From assembly GCF_009834535.1 (NCBI RefSeq), contig NC_045696.1, positions 33,916,001 to 33,980,000 on the forward strand: a DNA stretch of 64,000 bases, written 5' to 3'. A program made the translations under genes and the position numbers. Shown here one piece after another: positions 11,851 through 26,407 of this stretch; position 1 is the stretch's first letter; every line of letters begins with the position of its first letter. The DNA is from Camelus ferus. Lineage: Eukaryota. Under the pieces are notes generated by a model, which saw only the letters and a program-made list of their open reading frames with translations, did no database searches and had not been told where the DNA came from.

Positions 11851-14800
11851 TTTTTCCTGTTTCTAAAACTGACAAGTTGAGCCTTCCATCTACACAGATT
11901 CAAAAACATTTCAGGTCCGTTTTACAACCATTAATCTGTGGGGCAAAATGCAACCCAAAGATGAAACTCCTTCTGCTGGTCTATAAGTTACTGGCAAGCC
12001 TCAGAGACTCACGGCAATGCTGTTTAAGTGGAGAGCAGTAGCAGAAGTATTTACATATATATGTTTCTTCCCTGCAAAACAAAGTGGCCTTAAATTCTAT
12101 TGCTCCCCTCCCACCTTCTGCCTTCCAAACACCAGGCAAAAGGAAAAAGAAACAAAAAAAGTCAATAGTAGAATTTCCTTCTAAGTTTAATTTCTGGGTC
12201 CAGATGAGTACCAAAAATCATGATGTGATAGCTGGCTGAAGACAAACATAAAGCAAGTAAGTGGAGAGATCAATAAACAATACGGTCAAAACCATTCCAG
12301 GGAATACTTGGACTGCACCATATTGAATTAATACAAATGCCTTTGGTACAAAACCAAAATTATTTATGAAACAATAGAAAATCTGCTCTTAAGCAGGAAG
12401 AAAAAAAAAGCACTGAACATGATTTCAGTGAAAAAAGAACCAGATGTTACACACACTTAAAAAAAACTCAATCCCATATGCAGTTACCCATGAAATATTC
12501 AACACATACGTAAGTTGAGGGCTTACTGCCTCGATTTCTCTCCTCCCTCTCACCTTCATGCTAATCTTCCCATGTCAGCATTTCTCTGAAATCAGGGTGT
12601 GTTACTCAAATTGAGAAGAGAGAGCCAATTGAGGACTGACTCCAGTTAAAATTTTTGCCAGGTGCCTAGGGATGCTCTCATCCAAGAAGGAAGAGGATGC
12701 AATGACTCCATGCCAGGAGTGCGGGTGTGCAGGCATCACGGGACTGTGGGCTTTCTGCAGAACCAGCAGTGGTTAGACCTCTGCAAATAAATTTAATAAT
12801 TAAGCGAATGTCTGTGCAAGAAAGGGGGTTGTTTAGTCCAGATTTCTATATTGCAGATGAGAAAGTAGACCTGAAATTATCAGTTCAAATCCCACCACTC
12901 AAAGTGACCTATGTGGTCTCAGTTACAAAGTCAAACCCTGAGCTGGATTATAGTATCCCAATTGAAATTAAATTTATATATGAAGTTTTGTTTTTTTTTT
13001 TAAGATAACACTGAATAACAAGCAGCCAACAATAGCAATCATATGTTTACCCACCCCTTTGTTATTTTTTCCATTGACACAAAAGCCCCAGGAGTTTCCT
13101 ACATTTGGGATTTTTGTTAGCTCTGCTTTTTTGAAATCTGCTCTTGGACTTTTGACATTGATTTTATTTTTATTGTTTCTCCACTCAGTTAGATCTGGTG
13201 TATTCTGAAGCCCACAGCCATTACTAGGAAATACACAGATATGCTGTATCACCCATTCAAAAATGCAAACCTTTTACTTTAATATGCTGGTTTCTCTCTT
13301 TAAAAATTTAACAATATTAGGACTGTCTCATATGCCCACAATCCTTCCAGATTTCTGTCTCAAAGGAAGCACCAGTCACTCTACAAAGAATCTCAGGACC
13401 CCAGATTCTAGAGGGTTCAACGAGTATTAGAGGCTGACCATGGTGGGTTCTCCCTAGACCTACAGCTGAGCCCCCTGTGGGCAAAATTAGATCTCGGGCT
13501 GCAGGAGGAGATGTTATAAGCACTGTAATTATTTCACTGAGGGTACATATCAATCACAATTCTCTTCTAATTTTTTAAACAAGAACACCAATAGACAAGC
13601 TTTCCCAGATACTTTATAAAACATGCATTAACAACACCTTTCCTTCATTCAAAGCCTGTGAGGCACTTACCTAAATATTTGGGATTCATTCATTAACAAA
13701 GACAGATAGACTCCCTGACCTCCAGAGAGCACTTATATCAAAGATAATGTAAATTTAGAATTGGATATGGATATAAACATATAGTAGGTATGTGTCGATT
13801 ATGTATATACTTATATAAATGCTATTTCTCTAGTTAGAGATATTTGTATAAGTAAATATATACATATAATATCACAACACGCCCATTTCTTTATATGTAT
13901 GTATGCAGTTATCTTAATAGAGCATGTATGGTGTCTATATAGAGTCTTTAGAAAGCAGATACTTCACAGCATCTTGTTTGAGAACAAGTCATGGCCTTGT
14001 CAAAATAATCTGCTTTCTATAATAAGGAAAAAGCACGGCATAGGCAGAGCAAATATTCTCATGACACGTGTAGGAGATTTTCCTGAAGTTCTGCCCTACC
14101 CTTTCTAATCCATTTTAATCCAAAAAATTAATTGTGTTGGACCACAGAAATAGATTGCTTACAAGACAAGATAATGAAGAAAAACAAAAGTAGTCAGGGG
14201 AGGAATGCAAAAAATGCAAACCAGCACATCCTCAGATACCATGATCAGAGGTAATGTATACAATTTTCCAATCATCGGGACAGAGCAGAGTCCCTTGTTG
14301 ATAGTACATTACCTGACGATGTGTTATTTATTCATCAGCTATTCATCAGTGGATGTACTACAAAAAGTGGTACATTATTTCCCCATCAATAAAAAGAGCT
14401 CACATATTTGGAATTAACTAAGATAAGCAGAGACTTTTTCCTTCAGCATTGTCTTTCCTTCCAAAAAACATAAAAATAAGTAAATAAAAATTTCCAAGAA
14501 GGGCATTGATGAAGGAAATAATTAAATACTGTTTGGGGTTGGAAATTACCAATCATGACTGTTGATACTAAAAACTACAAGCTCAAATAAGCTCTCTCCT
14601 CTTTTCCTCCTTCCCTCTCTTCCGTCACTTTTAATATATTTTTCTTTCATTCCATACTTAGTTTTATATATTTTCCCTTGAAAATAAGTCATGAGAAGGA
14701 AACTCTGTAATTCTTTAAATCTATGCACATTTAAAGGGACGGGCGTGGTGTGAAGTGTAAAGTCGGGAAGAAGACATGGCTGCAAATGACTGAATAATAA

Positions 14801-15489
14801 CCCAAGTGGAAATAGAAATGAAGGCTGGCATTTGAAATATCCGAGAGGGCAGAATGGTTATGAGTGAGTTTGGCTACTATTAGCCATTCTGCAGGGTATG
14901 TAAGTCATAGAGTTACAAAGTACTGTGATTTTCATTCCATATCTTGGTTCGAGGTTTGAAGCTTTAGAAATGAGACGTACCAGCAAGATAGACAAGCATA
15001 AGGATGGGTAATCTAGTTAGGTGAAACTTGGATGTCCACTTAGACAGGAAGACACTGGCCTTAAGGAAGTCAGTCTTTAACTATGGGAGCCCAAGTCACC
15101 TAACTGAGTTCTGAGGCCGTTCCAGCTCCCACATACGGGTGCTGATCAGAGCAAAGCAAGACTCAACATCCCAGGGGCACTAAGGAATTAGACAGGAAAT
15201 GAGAGTATGAATAAAAATGGAAACCAGATCAGAAGCTGAGTCCAGAGACAAGTTAGAACCTTGGGTGTAGACACTCTGGTACCAAAAACACCTTCAGAGC
15301 AAGGACACCACAGACAGCTCAGAACTAGGTAAGGTCCAAGGTCAGCCCTGTGATCCATGGTCTCAGGTCAGGTTTCCCACAGATATAACAAGTGGCACAG
15401 GATAGAGCCTGAGGGGATGTCGTGACTTTAGTTAGTTTGGTACAAAGAATCCAGAAAAGAACACTATCATTTATCAGATTCCACTTATA

Positions 15490-15600
15490 CATCTGGCACA
15501 GTGTCAGATGTTTTGCATACATTTTTTTCTAATCCTCACAACCACTATTTAAGGTAGATATTATTAATTCTATTGTAGTGATGAAGGATTTAAAGGCAAA
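15490..15600 (-). mobile_element. MIR fragment
   Basis: ttttctaatcctcacaaccactatttaaggtagatattattaattctatt. Confidence 0.65.
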
Positions 15601-15979
15601 AAAGGGGGCTGATTTAAACTCTTAAATCCAGATTGGTCTAGGAATTAAAGCAGGGTTAATTGCACAGATAGGGATCTTAATGAGAGAAGGAAAGCACAGG
15701 AAGATAGAAAGCAGATGGTCTTTTAGCTGCTTTTCTGGGAGCATTATCTGTAACTCTTGCAGCTACCTGCCGTATGTAACATAGTCATGAGGGTTTGAAT
15801 ATCTACTCAAAATCCCAAGGCGAAGCCCAATTACGTGCTGGAAAATATCTAGGCACTGGGATATCTAGGGAATGGTCATGAGTTAGTTAGATAGTATATA
15901 TTCTCACGGAGTCCGTATGCCAGTAGTTGATACCCCAATGAATTTTGTAAACCAATCATGGAAATCGCATGTCCAATAA

Positions 15980-16298
15980 CCAGCCTAGACTTGTGGGACA
16001 TGAGTAGTCAGCAGAGGACATTTGAGGAAGATTTTCTTTCCAAGAAAGTTCCAATCCCTCCCTATCGTTACGCAAACACAGAGGAAGCTAACTCCATGAA
16101 GCTGACGCTGAGGATGACAGAATGATAGAGGAAGCCCAGGTGCCCGATGACATCATGGAGTATCTGCTCATACTATTCTGTGGCCTGCTCTGTTTATGGG
16201 TTTTGATTATGTGAAATAATTTCCTGACTCCTTAATGTGAAAGCCATTATGAACTGATGTGTTCTATAATTTGTGGCTGAAACTTACCAACCTGATGC
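15980..16298 (+). mobile_element. Old MLT1 (J/K-like) LTR fragment
   Basis: tgaagctgacgctgaggatgacagaatg..gatgacatcatggag..gttctataatttgtggctgaaac..ctgatgca. Confidence 0.55.
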
Positions 16299-18266
16299 AC
16301 AGACAGGAACTGAATCAAAGTATCTGTCCTATAGGCTAATTTTAGCCATTCAAGTATTATATGGGTAGGGTAGGGAGGCTAAAGAAAGGGTTCAAATCTA
16401 AATTGTAACAGGTAGAAGAGTAAGGCTGAGAGGAGAGAAAGAAAATGACCAATGAAAAACCAAAGCATGAGATGTGGAAGTCCTTCTCTAAAAACGAAAC
16501 AAAACAAAAGTATAAGGGAAAGAAACAGAATCAAGTACTGAACAGACAAATCACCAAGTTGCCTTCCCAAAAGATTTTTCTGGAATAAAATGTACTTTTC
16601 CCAGAATTCCAGGAGCAGATTTAGTACCTATCATTTCAATTTGTCTTTATTAACTTTAAAGATACAGGTTGCAGAGTGTCCTGCCAGAGTCAAACAGCAT
16701 GGACCTTGATAATGTTCATTACAATGAGCACACTCTCTCCTGTGAACACCTCTTTCAACGGCTCTGATATTTTTCGACTTGGAAATATTCGTACTCTGGA
16801 GCTATTAAACAAAGGTAGAGTCAGTGTAGGGCAGAAGAAAATTAATTTGATACAGAAGAATCTTAGATTTAAATCACATTCTTTTAAAACAGACATTTTA
16901 GAGCAACCAGTTGTTACTACTATTGCTCAGTCTTGCTGATTGGCAGTTTTTAAAATATTTAATTGAATTCTCAAGCTTAAGGGCAAGTAGCTTTCTTTAG
17001 ACAATAAAAAGAAATATTACAAGGAAGATTTGCATTTAAAGTATCAAAATAGCCTTTGAAAGGACTGAAGTTGAAAGAAGAGACCTCAAGAATGGTGAAC
17101 ACTAGCATCAACTCTAGTAGCAATTAAATATTACTTACATTTTGCAAATTTTAAATACTGTTATTTTACAAAGAGCACAGTTTTATATAGAAATAATATA
17201 AAATGAAAACAATAGCTCATTGTTAAACTTCCATTCTAAGGATACCAGACATAATTGAGTTACATTAACTCTCACAAAATAGGACCCAGTGGTGACATCC
17301 TGATTACCATTCTCAATTAACACTGCTACATTTTTTAATGCCTATGTTTAATGTCAAAGCATTAAGAGGCTTCCAGGATAAGAAATCTATTAGTGTTTCA
17401 AAAATATGTTCCAAACCAGAGAGGCTAGAAACAGAATGAAACCATATGTCATTTGCACTAAGGTGATAATTTCAGCAATATGAATTAATCAAGTTTCTCA
17501 AGGGAAGGCTATAATTTAAAAAGTAGTAAAGAAATTCAGTGTTGAACACTAGGCTGAATCAGCTTGTTTAACATGCAAAACAACAAATCTGAAAAGATTT
17601 GAGGAGTATTACACTTGGGAGAGAGAATATTTCCATATTTCTAACTGCCAAGTGTGCCTATTCAAATAACGACCTTTCTGTGTGTTCTTGTTTATTAATG
17701 ATGACCCTCACAGGGCCAGGCAAAAAGCATGCCTTCAATGTGTAGTTTATGAATGAATGACTAGCTTAAAGAAAAAAAAAATCAGAGGGATAAAAACCTT
17801 CAAAATTTAGGATTACAATAAAAGAGGCAATGCAACCTAAATCGGCATTCTAGTCCCAACTTGCAGTAAGTTATTTTTATAACCATGAGCAAATTATTTG
17901 ACACACAATTATTACATCCCTGAATTTACTTACTAGATTGCTAGGTCTCTAAAATCCCTCCCAACTCTTCATTCTGTCACGAAAGCTGTGGCTTAGCTTT
18001 AAAAAATTAGGCCAATAAAATGTCCCAGAAGTTGAGACAAAGGAAAGGAAATACGGAAAATGGCTAAAAATTAGTAACGGTAGATGATTTGAAAGATTGT
18101 GTTTGTTTTTAAGATTGGAACCATCTGAATAAAATTAAATGGAAATAATCCCTTAGGGTCTGAATGTATTTAAATAGAAACAACCAGTCTAAAATACAAA
18201 GAATACATCCTTGATGAAAACAAAAAGCAAAATTTCCAAGTAGAAGATATTAATATTCAGAAGTTG

Positions 18267-18400
18267 TTCATTTATACATTCAATCAACAAACGTGTATTA
18301 AATGTGTTCACCATGCCAGGTACCTTGTTACTAAGGACGAAGGGTATAAGGATAAAGGAGAGAAACTCTGTTCTCTAGGAATTACTAATCTGACAATGAA
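18267..18400 (-). mobile_element. L2 3' end
   Basis: ttcatttatacattcaatcaacaaacgtgtattaaatg..atgccaggtacc..ctctaggaattactaatct. Confidence 0.7.
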
Positions 18401-20249
18401 TTCACAATCTAGTCTAGAAATGTAATGCTGAGAGTTAAAAAAAAAATGTCACTAAAAGGAAATTCAGACAATAACAGTGTAGTCCTCAGACTGAAATGTA
18501 TATATTTTGAAACATACAAAATTAAAATATAATTATTATTTTTATCTTGAACTTATTGGGAAAATCAAATTAATTGATCTGAATATTAACTGACAATGAC
18601 AAGTTAAATGAGAAAACAGGCTAAAACAGAATGTTCTCTTGCATCTGACATACGCAAATGCATAAGCATCCCTAAAATATCTCTAATTAGGGTGCTTAAT
18701 GTGTATTGAGACTCATTTTTTGTCCTTCTCATGCAAGGAATTTATGAAGACTGGGATTATTAGAGAGTAAACTTTAAAAACATTTTTAAACACAAAGCTA
18801 AATTACTTTGTCAAAAGTTTCTATTAATTTAAAATATATTAGTTAAATGTTCCAACCCATTCTTATGAGCAAAGAGCATTTTAATTATTTTATATTTTTG
18901 CTTTATTAACAAATATGTAGTATTTTTGTTTAAGTTTTGTCTTTCTTTCATTACTGGTGAGGTTCAACATATTTCTGTATGCAAACTGTTTGTCATGGCA
19001 TTTTACCACTTCTTAAGGGCTTGTTATTCTATTTTCTTCTAAGTTTTATGTGCTTTCACAATCAAATATATTATACTTTCATCATATTTCCTGTAAGGGT
19101 TATTCCCCTATTTTGAAGTTGCCTCTTTGGTGTAGGCTTGTCTGGGATTTGATGTTTATATATTTAAAGTTTAATTTATAAAATGTACTATGATTTTTTA
19201 CTTAATAGCATTTATAAGATATAACATTTTTAATTATAAAGTACATGATTTAAAAAAATAATGTAGTTTAATGATAAAGTGTCAAGTTTTGGCATTGCAA
19301 TATAAGCAATACATGAATTATTTATAGATAAAATGTATAGTTCAAAGCGTACAGTCAAAAAAATTTCCCATAGCTAAAGCAGGATTTTCAAACAAAATTA
19401 TTTTAAGCTGATGGGGCTATCAATGGAGTGTTTAGTAAGATAAAATAATAATACAAGTAAGAATAACAGCTAAGATCTATTGCGTCCTTTCTGTGTTCCA
19501 GGCCCTGTGCTAAGTAAGTTATGAAAAGTATTTAATCCTCACAACCACCATTTGGGACGAGAGACTGAACCTTCTCTAGAAAAAGCCTGGGAATTGGGAA
19601 GGGAGGGTTCTCTCCAAGAGTATCCGGGAAAAGACTTTGGAAATCTATTTGGTGTTGTTGGTGCTTAGGGGGTCTAAGGAAACATTTTGTTATACCTGAG
19701 AACAGTAATTCCCTGGAACAATCATAGGTACTGTTTTTATTTGATTTGTTTATTTCTGAGTTAGAAGGAGAATCCATGGTAAATGATTTGGAGAAATCCT
19801 GAATTAAGACTAAATATTTCTTTCCTGCAGGATTCTCAACACTTTTTACAAGCTTATATGCATTCTTATTCTTCAAAAAAACATATTCAGTATTACTTGT
19901 GCATATTTGACCACGGAGTATCTTTTTTTCCTATGAACCTAGAGATCCATGGAATGTTTTAAGTAATACTAGGTTAACCATTTGTATAACAGTTCTTTAT
20001 GGAAATGGTAAGCCAGAGATTAGGTTATAAAAGCTCTTCTCACCAGTACAGCAGAAAGGGAGCTCGCTTGTTTAACCATGCACCACACTTTGGTGTACTG
20101 TGATCCAGGAACTTTCCACCGGAGGGAGAAATTAAGAAAAGAAATGGAGCTCAGAGAAGGGAAATGTTTTTGAAGGCAGGATACTTTCTGAGGACCTTCA
20201 AAGCACCAGATGTTTTTCCAAGTTCTGGGGATAAGGAAGATTAAAAGTG

Positions 20250-20910
20250 TCATAAGGGAGACTGCTAAGCAAACAATCACACTACCCTAGTGTGAAGTTG
20301 GGATAGTGGTGCTCTGGGAGCATAGAGAAAGAACGTCCAAAGTTCTTCTAGGAGGTGTCAGAGAAGGATAATGGAGAAGGGTGTTTTTACCTGAATCTTG
20401 AATACTGAGTTGTTAATTAAGCTGGTAGGTGGTGACAAACATCCCGGGAGGGGTAATAAGCAGGACAAAGGCATGGAAGTGTGAAAGAATGTATTGATGG
20501 TTTGGGAAAGCAAATGATTTGGTAGACTTACAGGTAGGGTAGAGTCATGGAGCTGAAAAAGTAATCAGGGATCAGATTCTAAGAGCCTTGTTTGTTATAT
20601 GAAAAAAATAAGTTTTGAAAGATTTTAGGTAAGGGAGTGGTATGAGTAGACAGGTCTTTTAGAAAGTTCTGGAAACTCTGTGGAGGATGAGAATGAAAGC
20701 GGGTGAGAAGGTGGCAGGGGTGGTGGTCAGAGGCAACACAACAGGTGAGAAAAGCTGAGGATTTAGATTAATGCTATACAGGGGGAAAGAAGATGGAGAG
20801 AGGACAAAGCTGGGAGCTGAAGATGTTTAGAAGGTCATGATAGAACTTGATGACATGGTGGCTGTGGATGCCTAGAATGAAGGAGGGATTAAAGAAAACA
20901 GCTTTTTCAT
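20250..20910 (-). mobile_element. L2 fragment
   Basis: gtgctctgggagcatagag..caggacaaaggcatggaagtgtgaaag..cagggatcagattctaagagcctt..gaaagattttaggtaagggagtggtatg. Confidence 0.7.
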
Positions 20911-21258
20911 GGAAACTGGGGCCCTAATAGAGTTTCTTTCAAAAGAATCCAAGATCATTGCATTGTCCTAATGTAAAAATCAAAGAACTGCACAGTGTTC
21001 AGGATAAATGACATATTCATGGCATTTTCATTCTTATGCCTGTTTGTTCAGATTGTAAAAATAAAACATGCTTACATTAAAACATTTGAAAATATAATTC
21101 CTGTGATGCTTGAGAGAATTTCCTTTCAGGCTTTTCTTCTAAGCATATGGGGAGGGGCTGTGAGTGAATGTGTGTGTTTACTGTGTGCGGTGGAAATCCA
21201 GTTTTTATACCATACTGCACCTGAGTTTCTATTTAATATTATATCATCAACATTTTCC

Positions 21259-21593
21259 TATCTGTCTGGGCTGCCATAACAAAAATACCATCGAGTGGGT
21301 GGCTTAAACAACATTTATTTCTCATAGTTTTTGAATCTGGGGAGTCTGAGATCAAGGTGTCTGTCTGCTCTATGTCTGGTGAGAGCTTGCTTCCTGGTTC
21401 ATAGACAGCCTCCTTCTTGCTCTGTTCTCACGTGGTGGATGGCTGAGGGAACTCTCTGGAGTCTCTTCTATAAGGGCACTAATCCCATTGAAGAGGGCTC
21501 CACCCTCATAGCCTACCTCCTTGTGATATCATCACATTGGAGGTTAGGATTTTAACATATGAATTTGGGGGAAAACAGCATTAAGTCCATAAC
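21259..21593 (-). mobile_element. MLT1A-type MaLR solo LTR
   Basis: gggctgccataacaaaaatacca..taagggcactaatcccatt..gagggctccaccctcat..atatgaatttggggg..agtccataaca. Confidence 0.9.
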
Positions 21594-22174
21594 ACCATCA
21601 TTAGAAATTACTCCTCAGCATTATTAAAGTTCTTTTTGATGGCTATATTAAATTGTTTAATAACTGTCTTACAATTAACTTAAATTTTCCTATTTTTTGA
21701 TATGTAGGTTGGTTTTTTCCTTTTTTTTCCTTTAGAAGTAAGTATCTGTTCACCTAAGTGTTCTCAGATTCTTCTGATAATTTACTTTTCATAGATTTCA
21801 TGAAGTGGAATTACTTTGTCAGAGGTTATAAATATTTCCAGTATTTTTATGGAAAATTTTGATTTTTCTAAATTTAAAAATGGAAAAACTAATCAAGAAC
21901 AAGTTATTTATCTCTTCTATGTTTAATATATGTTTCTGATTTCTGCTAAAATCAATACTGCACAAGGTAGAAAATTTGGAAAATATGGTAATATCTACAG
22001 GAAAAAAAATTACTTACAAGCCTATCATCCAAAGAGAACCATCTCTAATGTGTGTTACCATTCACAATGGTCTGTGGGGTTTTTTTGTTCACAGATCTGA
22101 TCCAAGTTTAACAAATATTTGTTGAATGAAAGAATTTTTTTTAGTTTAATTTCCAATATTTTACATAGATATTT

Positions 22175-22405
22175 ACAATAGCTAACATTTATTGATTGAT
22201 ATATCAAGCTTCATGCTAAATGCTAAAATGCTACATGCAACATCTCATTTAATTCAACAACCCTTTTTGGTAGGAACCAGTGTAGTACTCAAATGGTAAA
22301 TATAGTGTCTGTGCTTTGAACAGATTAAGTTGCCTGTAAAATGTCACATAATAGCCAACAGTTTAAGCTGTGGCAGGATATGCTTCTAACAACTACTCAA
22401 TTCTG
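22175..22405 (-). mobile_element. MIR SINE
   Basis: caatagctaacatttattga..atctcatttaattcaacaaccc. Confidence 0.7.
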
Positions 22406-22755
22406 CCCCCTTGATAAGCAGATAAACCATAGACCTTTTATCAGGGTTTACTATTTTAAAACTGCTATTGTTTGTTATCCATTTTTTAAATCCCTGAATG
22501 TTTGATTTCCTGGAATTAGTAGCATTTATTAAAACATTTCCATTTTTTTGGATAATTTCAATATTTTGCTATTTTAATATTGTGATGTTTATCATTGTAA
22601 TTAATAGTAAGTCCAGTTTCTGATAATTAGTTGTGATTTGATTGCTATCAGTGGAAGTACTAGATCAAGGAAAGGATTATTTTTAAGAATTCCAGTTTAA
22701 ACTAAGTAGTTTCCACTCTCTGACAGTCTGTTGGTGTGCTCATTATAAACACAAG

Positions 22756-23103
22756 CAGTCCTCAATCATTTTGGTCACCAGACCCCTTCAGATTCTTAAA
22801 ACTTATTGAGGACCCCAGGGAGCTTTCATTTATGTGAGTCAGAGCTATCTATAGTTACCATATTAGAAATTACAACTAGGAAAAGTTGTAAACACCTAAG
22901 CACACATTCCATTATCATCAGAGTGATGACTCAGCACAGATTAAGTAACCTGTACAAAAGTCTCCAGCTCAGTTGTGAGAGAATGAGAGTGAAAGGGCAA
23001 GTGATGCCATGGCTTTGTTATGAAAATGCTTTGACCATGTGGTTTCTGTGAAAAGTTCCTGGGGAGTCCCAGGGTTCCCTGGATCACTCTTTGAGAACCA
23101 CGG
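22756..23103. mobile_element. hAT-Charlie non-autonomous DNA transposon (family not assigned)
   Basis: cagtcctcaatcattttggtc..gaccccttcagattcttaaaacttattgaggacccc at the left end; ctctttgagaaccacgg (Charlie-type TIR) at the right end. Confidence 0.7.
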
Positions 23104-23451
23104 CACTATACCGTACTTAGTATTTTAATTTACTATTTAAAAAATTCTTTCATTTTGATGGACAAAGAACAATATATCACCCTTGTTTTAAGTTGCATTT
23201 ATTTGGGTCATTGTTATTTGATCTCCCCTTTTATGATCTTCCTTCTTCTTGTTGGTTTCTTTCTTTGTCTTTCACTGCTTTGAATCAGAATTCAAAATCT
23301 CTTCACATTTTCACTTGAAATGTAGACAATAGCACAATTTAGTTTTTCACTTTCTTTCTAGCATGCTGAAGCAAAATTATGTTACTTGTGAAGGTTCTGG
23401 CAGCCTTCAAGCTTGTAAACCCACAGAATAAATTCACCTGACTTCATACTT

Positions 23452-23504
23452 GCTGCAGGTGACCTGTGTGTGCGCTGCAGGTGACCTGTGTGTGCACTAC
23501 AGGT
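23452..23504. repeat. 22-bp tandem duplication (two exact copies plus a partial copy)
   Basis: gctgcaggtgacctgtgtgtgc at 23452-23473 and 23474-23495, then actacaggt. Confidence 0.95.
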
Positions 23505-25009
23505 ACTTCAGAAAAGGAGACTTCTGTCTTGAAAAGCTGATAATCTGTTTAACTTCTGTGTTTGTTATATAGAATCTCCCTTAATGTTTACCTAAAGATA
23601 AACCTTTTACTCTTTCCTCCTCATTCTGTTCCTGAATGCAAGTCTGGAGAAAAGCCGTAGGAAAAAAACCAGAAAAGACACGCATACTTCTACACACTGT
23701 CATTGGGCCACCAAATTTGCTTCTTACTGCCTTTCCCCCATTTGGGTCTTTCAACACTTGTTGCCAGAATACCTGATATTATATAACACCAGCTCTTTTG
23801 CTATTTAATTTCATTCTCTTGACTTAAAAATAATTAGTTTCTAAACGATGCCTACACTTATATTTCTAACCATCATCTGTCTACATTTTCCAATTTAACA
23901 TATAAAATTGGGATTCATTTTTAAGAGACTATCATGGGAATCATATTGTTTCAACTGAAATTATATTGTCTTGTCTGGATATTAATCATATTTTCTTCTA
24001 TTGAATATAACTTTCCATGTTTAAAAAAGCTAATTTCATTTTTTGACAATAAGGTTGAGTTTATCTCAAAAAAAAATCCCTTGCAGCATTTGGGTTTACA
24101 GAAATTATGTTCTGTCAAAATATTTTATAATGGCAGCATTAAATATTGCCCTAAGGAAAAATACAGCTAAAAGTTGACTGAGAAATAATATCTTGGTGCT
24201 GTGCCACATTAGAATAATTTTTTATTTCCTGGAGATAATATTTTATGGCCATACTTTTGAAAGAGAATCTGTATTTGCCCACAAAGTAGAATATTTAAAT
24301 GGGAAAGTTAAGGATTCATGATGCATTGCTAGATTATGAATTCGACTGCCACCTCCATACATTTCCACTCATAAAAGCCCCCTTTCCACTTTGTACTAAA
24401 TGAAGTGGTTAATAGTTTGGGTAGAGTACTTAGCTTCTGAAAATAGCCTGCAGATAAAGGATGACATTAGTGATAAATATAATACACAACTGACAATTTA
24501 CATACAGTGCTTATGCCGACAGTACTGTGTGATAATTAGCAAGCACCCCTGGCGACTCCCTGTATCCTCCCCTCCATCTGTTGCTTCACTTTGAGTTTTA
24601 GGCAACTAGAATATTGAGTATTTGGAATGTTTTTCAGGGCTGTGAAATTTTGTTTTAAATATATATAATGTACATATGCATATATTATATAATATAGTAA
24701 ATAAGTAATATTATTGACTCAAGGACTCAAGAATTTTTCTACATCTGGCAATGGTTAGGCTGCCTATCAGATATTTGAAAGACATTTCCAGTCTTCATCT
24801 GTATATCTGGCATTCCTTTAGACCTTGAAAGATGGTAAAATCAACCCTGAGCATTGTCAGAGCAAGATCATATAAAAGATTACATAGGATAGCTGCAAAT
24901 AACCCACATCGGGGACATGATTTCATGGTTTAAGAAAAGAAATATTGTCTATTTTCTGGAATATGAGACCAAATGGTTAATGATATCAATGTGATAAACT
25001 CAAAAAGCA

Positions 25010-25270
25010 AAATTATTTTATAGAATAGTCATTAAAATATGAATGATAAGAATCAGACTTTCTGGGTTAAAATCCATACCCTACTATTTACAAACCAGGT
25101 AAACTTGGTCAAGTCTCTTTATAATTTTTCTCTTTGTCTTGATGTTTGCATTTGTAAAATGAACATAATAATAGTATCTGTAGGGTTGTTGTGAGGATTG
25201 AGAGATAATATTCATAAACACTTGTACAGTATCTGCCACAGAGTAAATCATACGTGGTTGTTAAATGGCT
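25010..25270 (+). mobile_element. MIR SINE
   Basis: aatcagactttctgggtt..cttggtcaagt..tgtaaaatgaacataataatagtatctgtagggttgttgtgaggattga. Confidence 0.8.
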
Positions 25271-25969
25271 AAAAAGGAATAAACACGCTATACTTATCTT
25301 ACCTTTGCTCATTTTAGCCCTGAAACTGTGAAAGATGCCCAAGATTTGCTTGTGCTAATCAGTCATAAAATTCTTATTGAGCTCATTTTATTCTTCAAAA
25401 AATAATTTTATTAAATGTTCTTAACATCATGATAGAATTCAGTTGACTTCTATCTACATTTTATCATGAATAAAATGTAATGCTTTCACTTGAAAGACAT
25501 GATACCTATTTTGAAACTGACTATTGTTTTCTGGGATGGTTCCAAATGAGACATGTCAGTTAGTATAATAACTAGCAGTGCTTATTAGTCAATGTGCCCA
25601 AACTTTTTTTTAAATCTGCAGAAAGTCTTGTATTGCATGTGAATATTTTTAATTGAACAAGAGACCATAACTAAAACCCTGGAGGTATAGATTAGATAAT
25701 TAGTCACGGTGTGCCCTTTGCTGATCCCAACAGAAATTAGCTAAATCTAAACCACTAATGATGGACAGTATAATATGAGAGTAAACAGTGGTCCTGTTAC
25801 TCCCTATTTGCTGATACATTCCTTTTAAAAATATGTTTTTAAAATAATTTTTTTCTTGTATCTTGGTGTGAATTTTTTAAATTTCAGGATGAAAGATTTT
25901 TACTACATAGTTGTAAGTAGCAGTAAAATGGTAATATAACATGAACAAAAATTTGCTTAACTCTCTTCT

Positions 25970-26052
25970 GTTTTTTTAATGGAGGTACTGGGGATTGAAC
26001 TTAGGACCTCATGCATGTTAAGCATGCACTCTACCTCTAAACTATATCCTCC
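25970..26052 (-). mobile_element. Camelid Vic-1-type SINE (short form)
   Basis: ttttttttaatggaggtactggggattgaacttaggacctcatgcatgttaagcatgcactctacctctaaactatatcctcc; same family as 8575-8708. Confidence 0.9.
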
Positions 26053-26407
26053 TTTCTATTTTTGATTTAAGTTCTAAAATACAAGGCAAACAACAAAGGA
26101 AACCATCTTTTGTTTCCTGTTTTAAATATATTAATATCATTAATATTCTTCAATATTCAAATAATCTTTCTAAGATCCTAAAGTTAGGAAAAAAAACCCC
26201 CAATTAATTTACACTGTATCTGTATAATTTATAATAAGTGCAAATAAACACAAATAAAAAGATATAGTTGTAGACAAAGTCTAGATGTTTTGATAGCTCA
26301 TATGGATGTCATTTAAATACCTGCAGTCAGAACTTAGTAAATTTCTCAACAAGCAGGAGATTTGGGCAAATTAAGCTTCTCAATAATTGATTAAGAATAG
26401 CTCCAGT

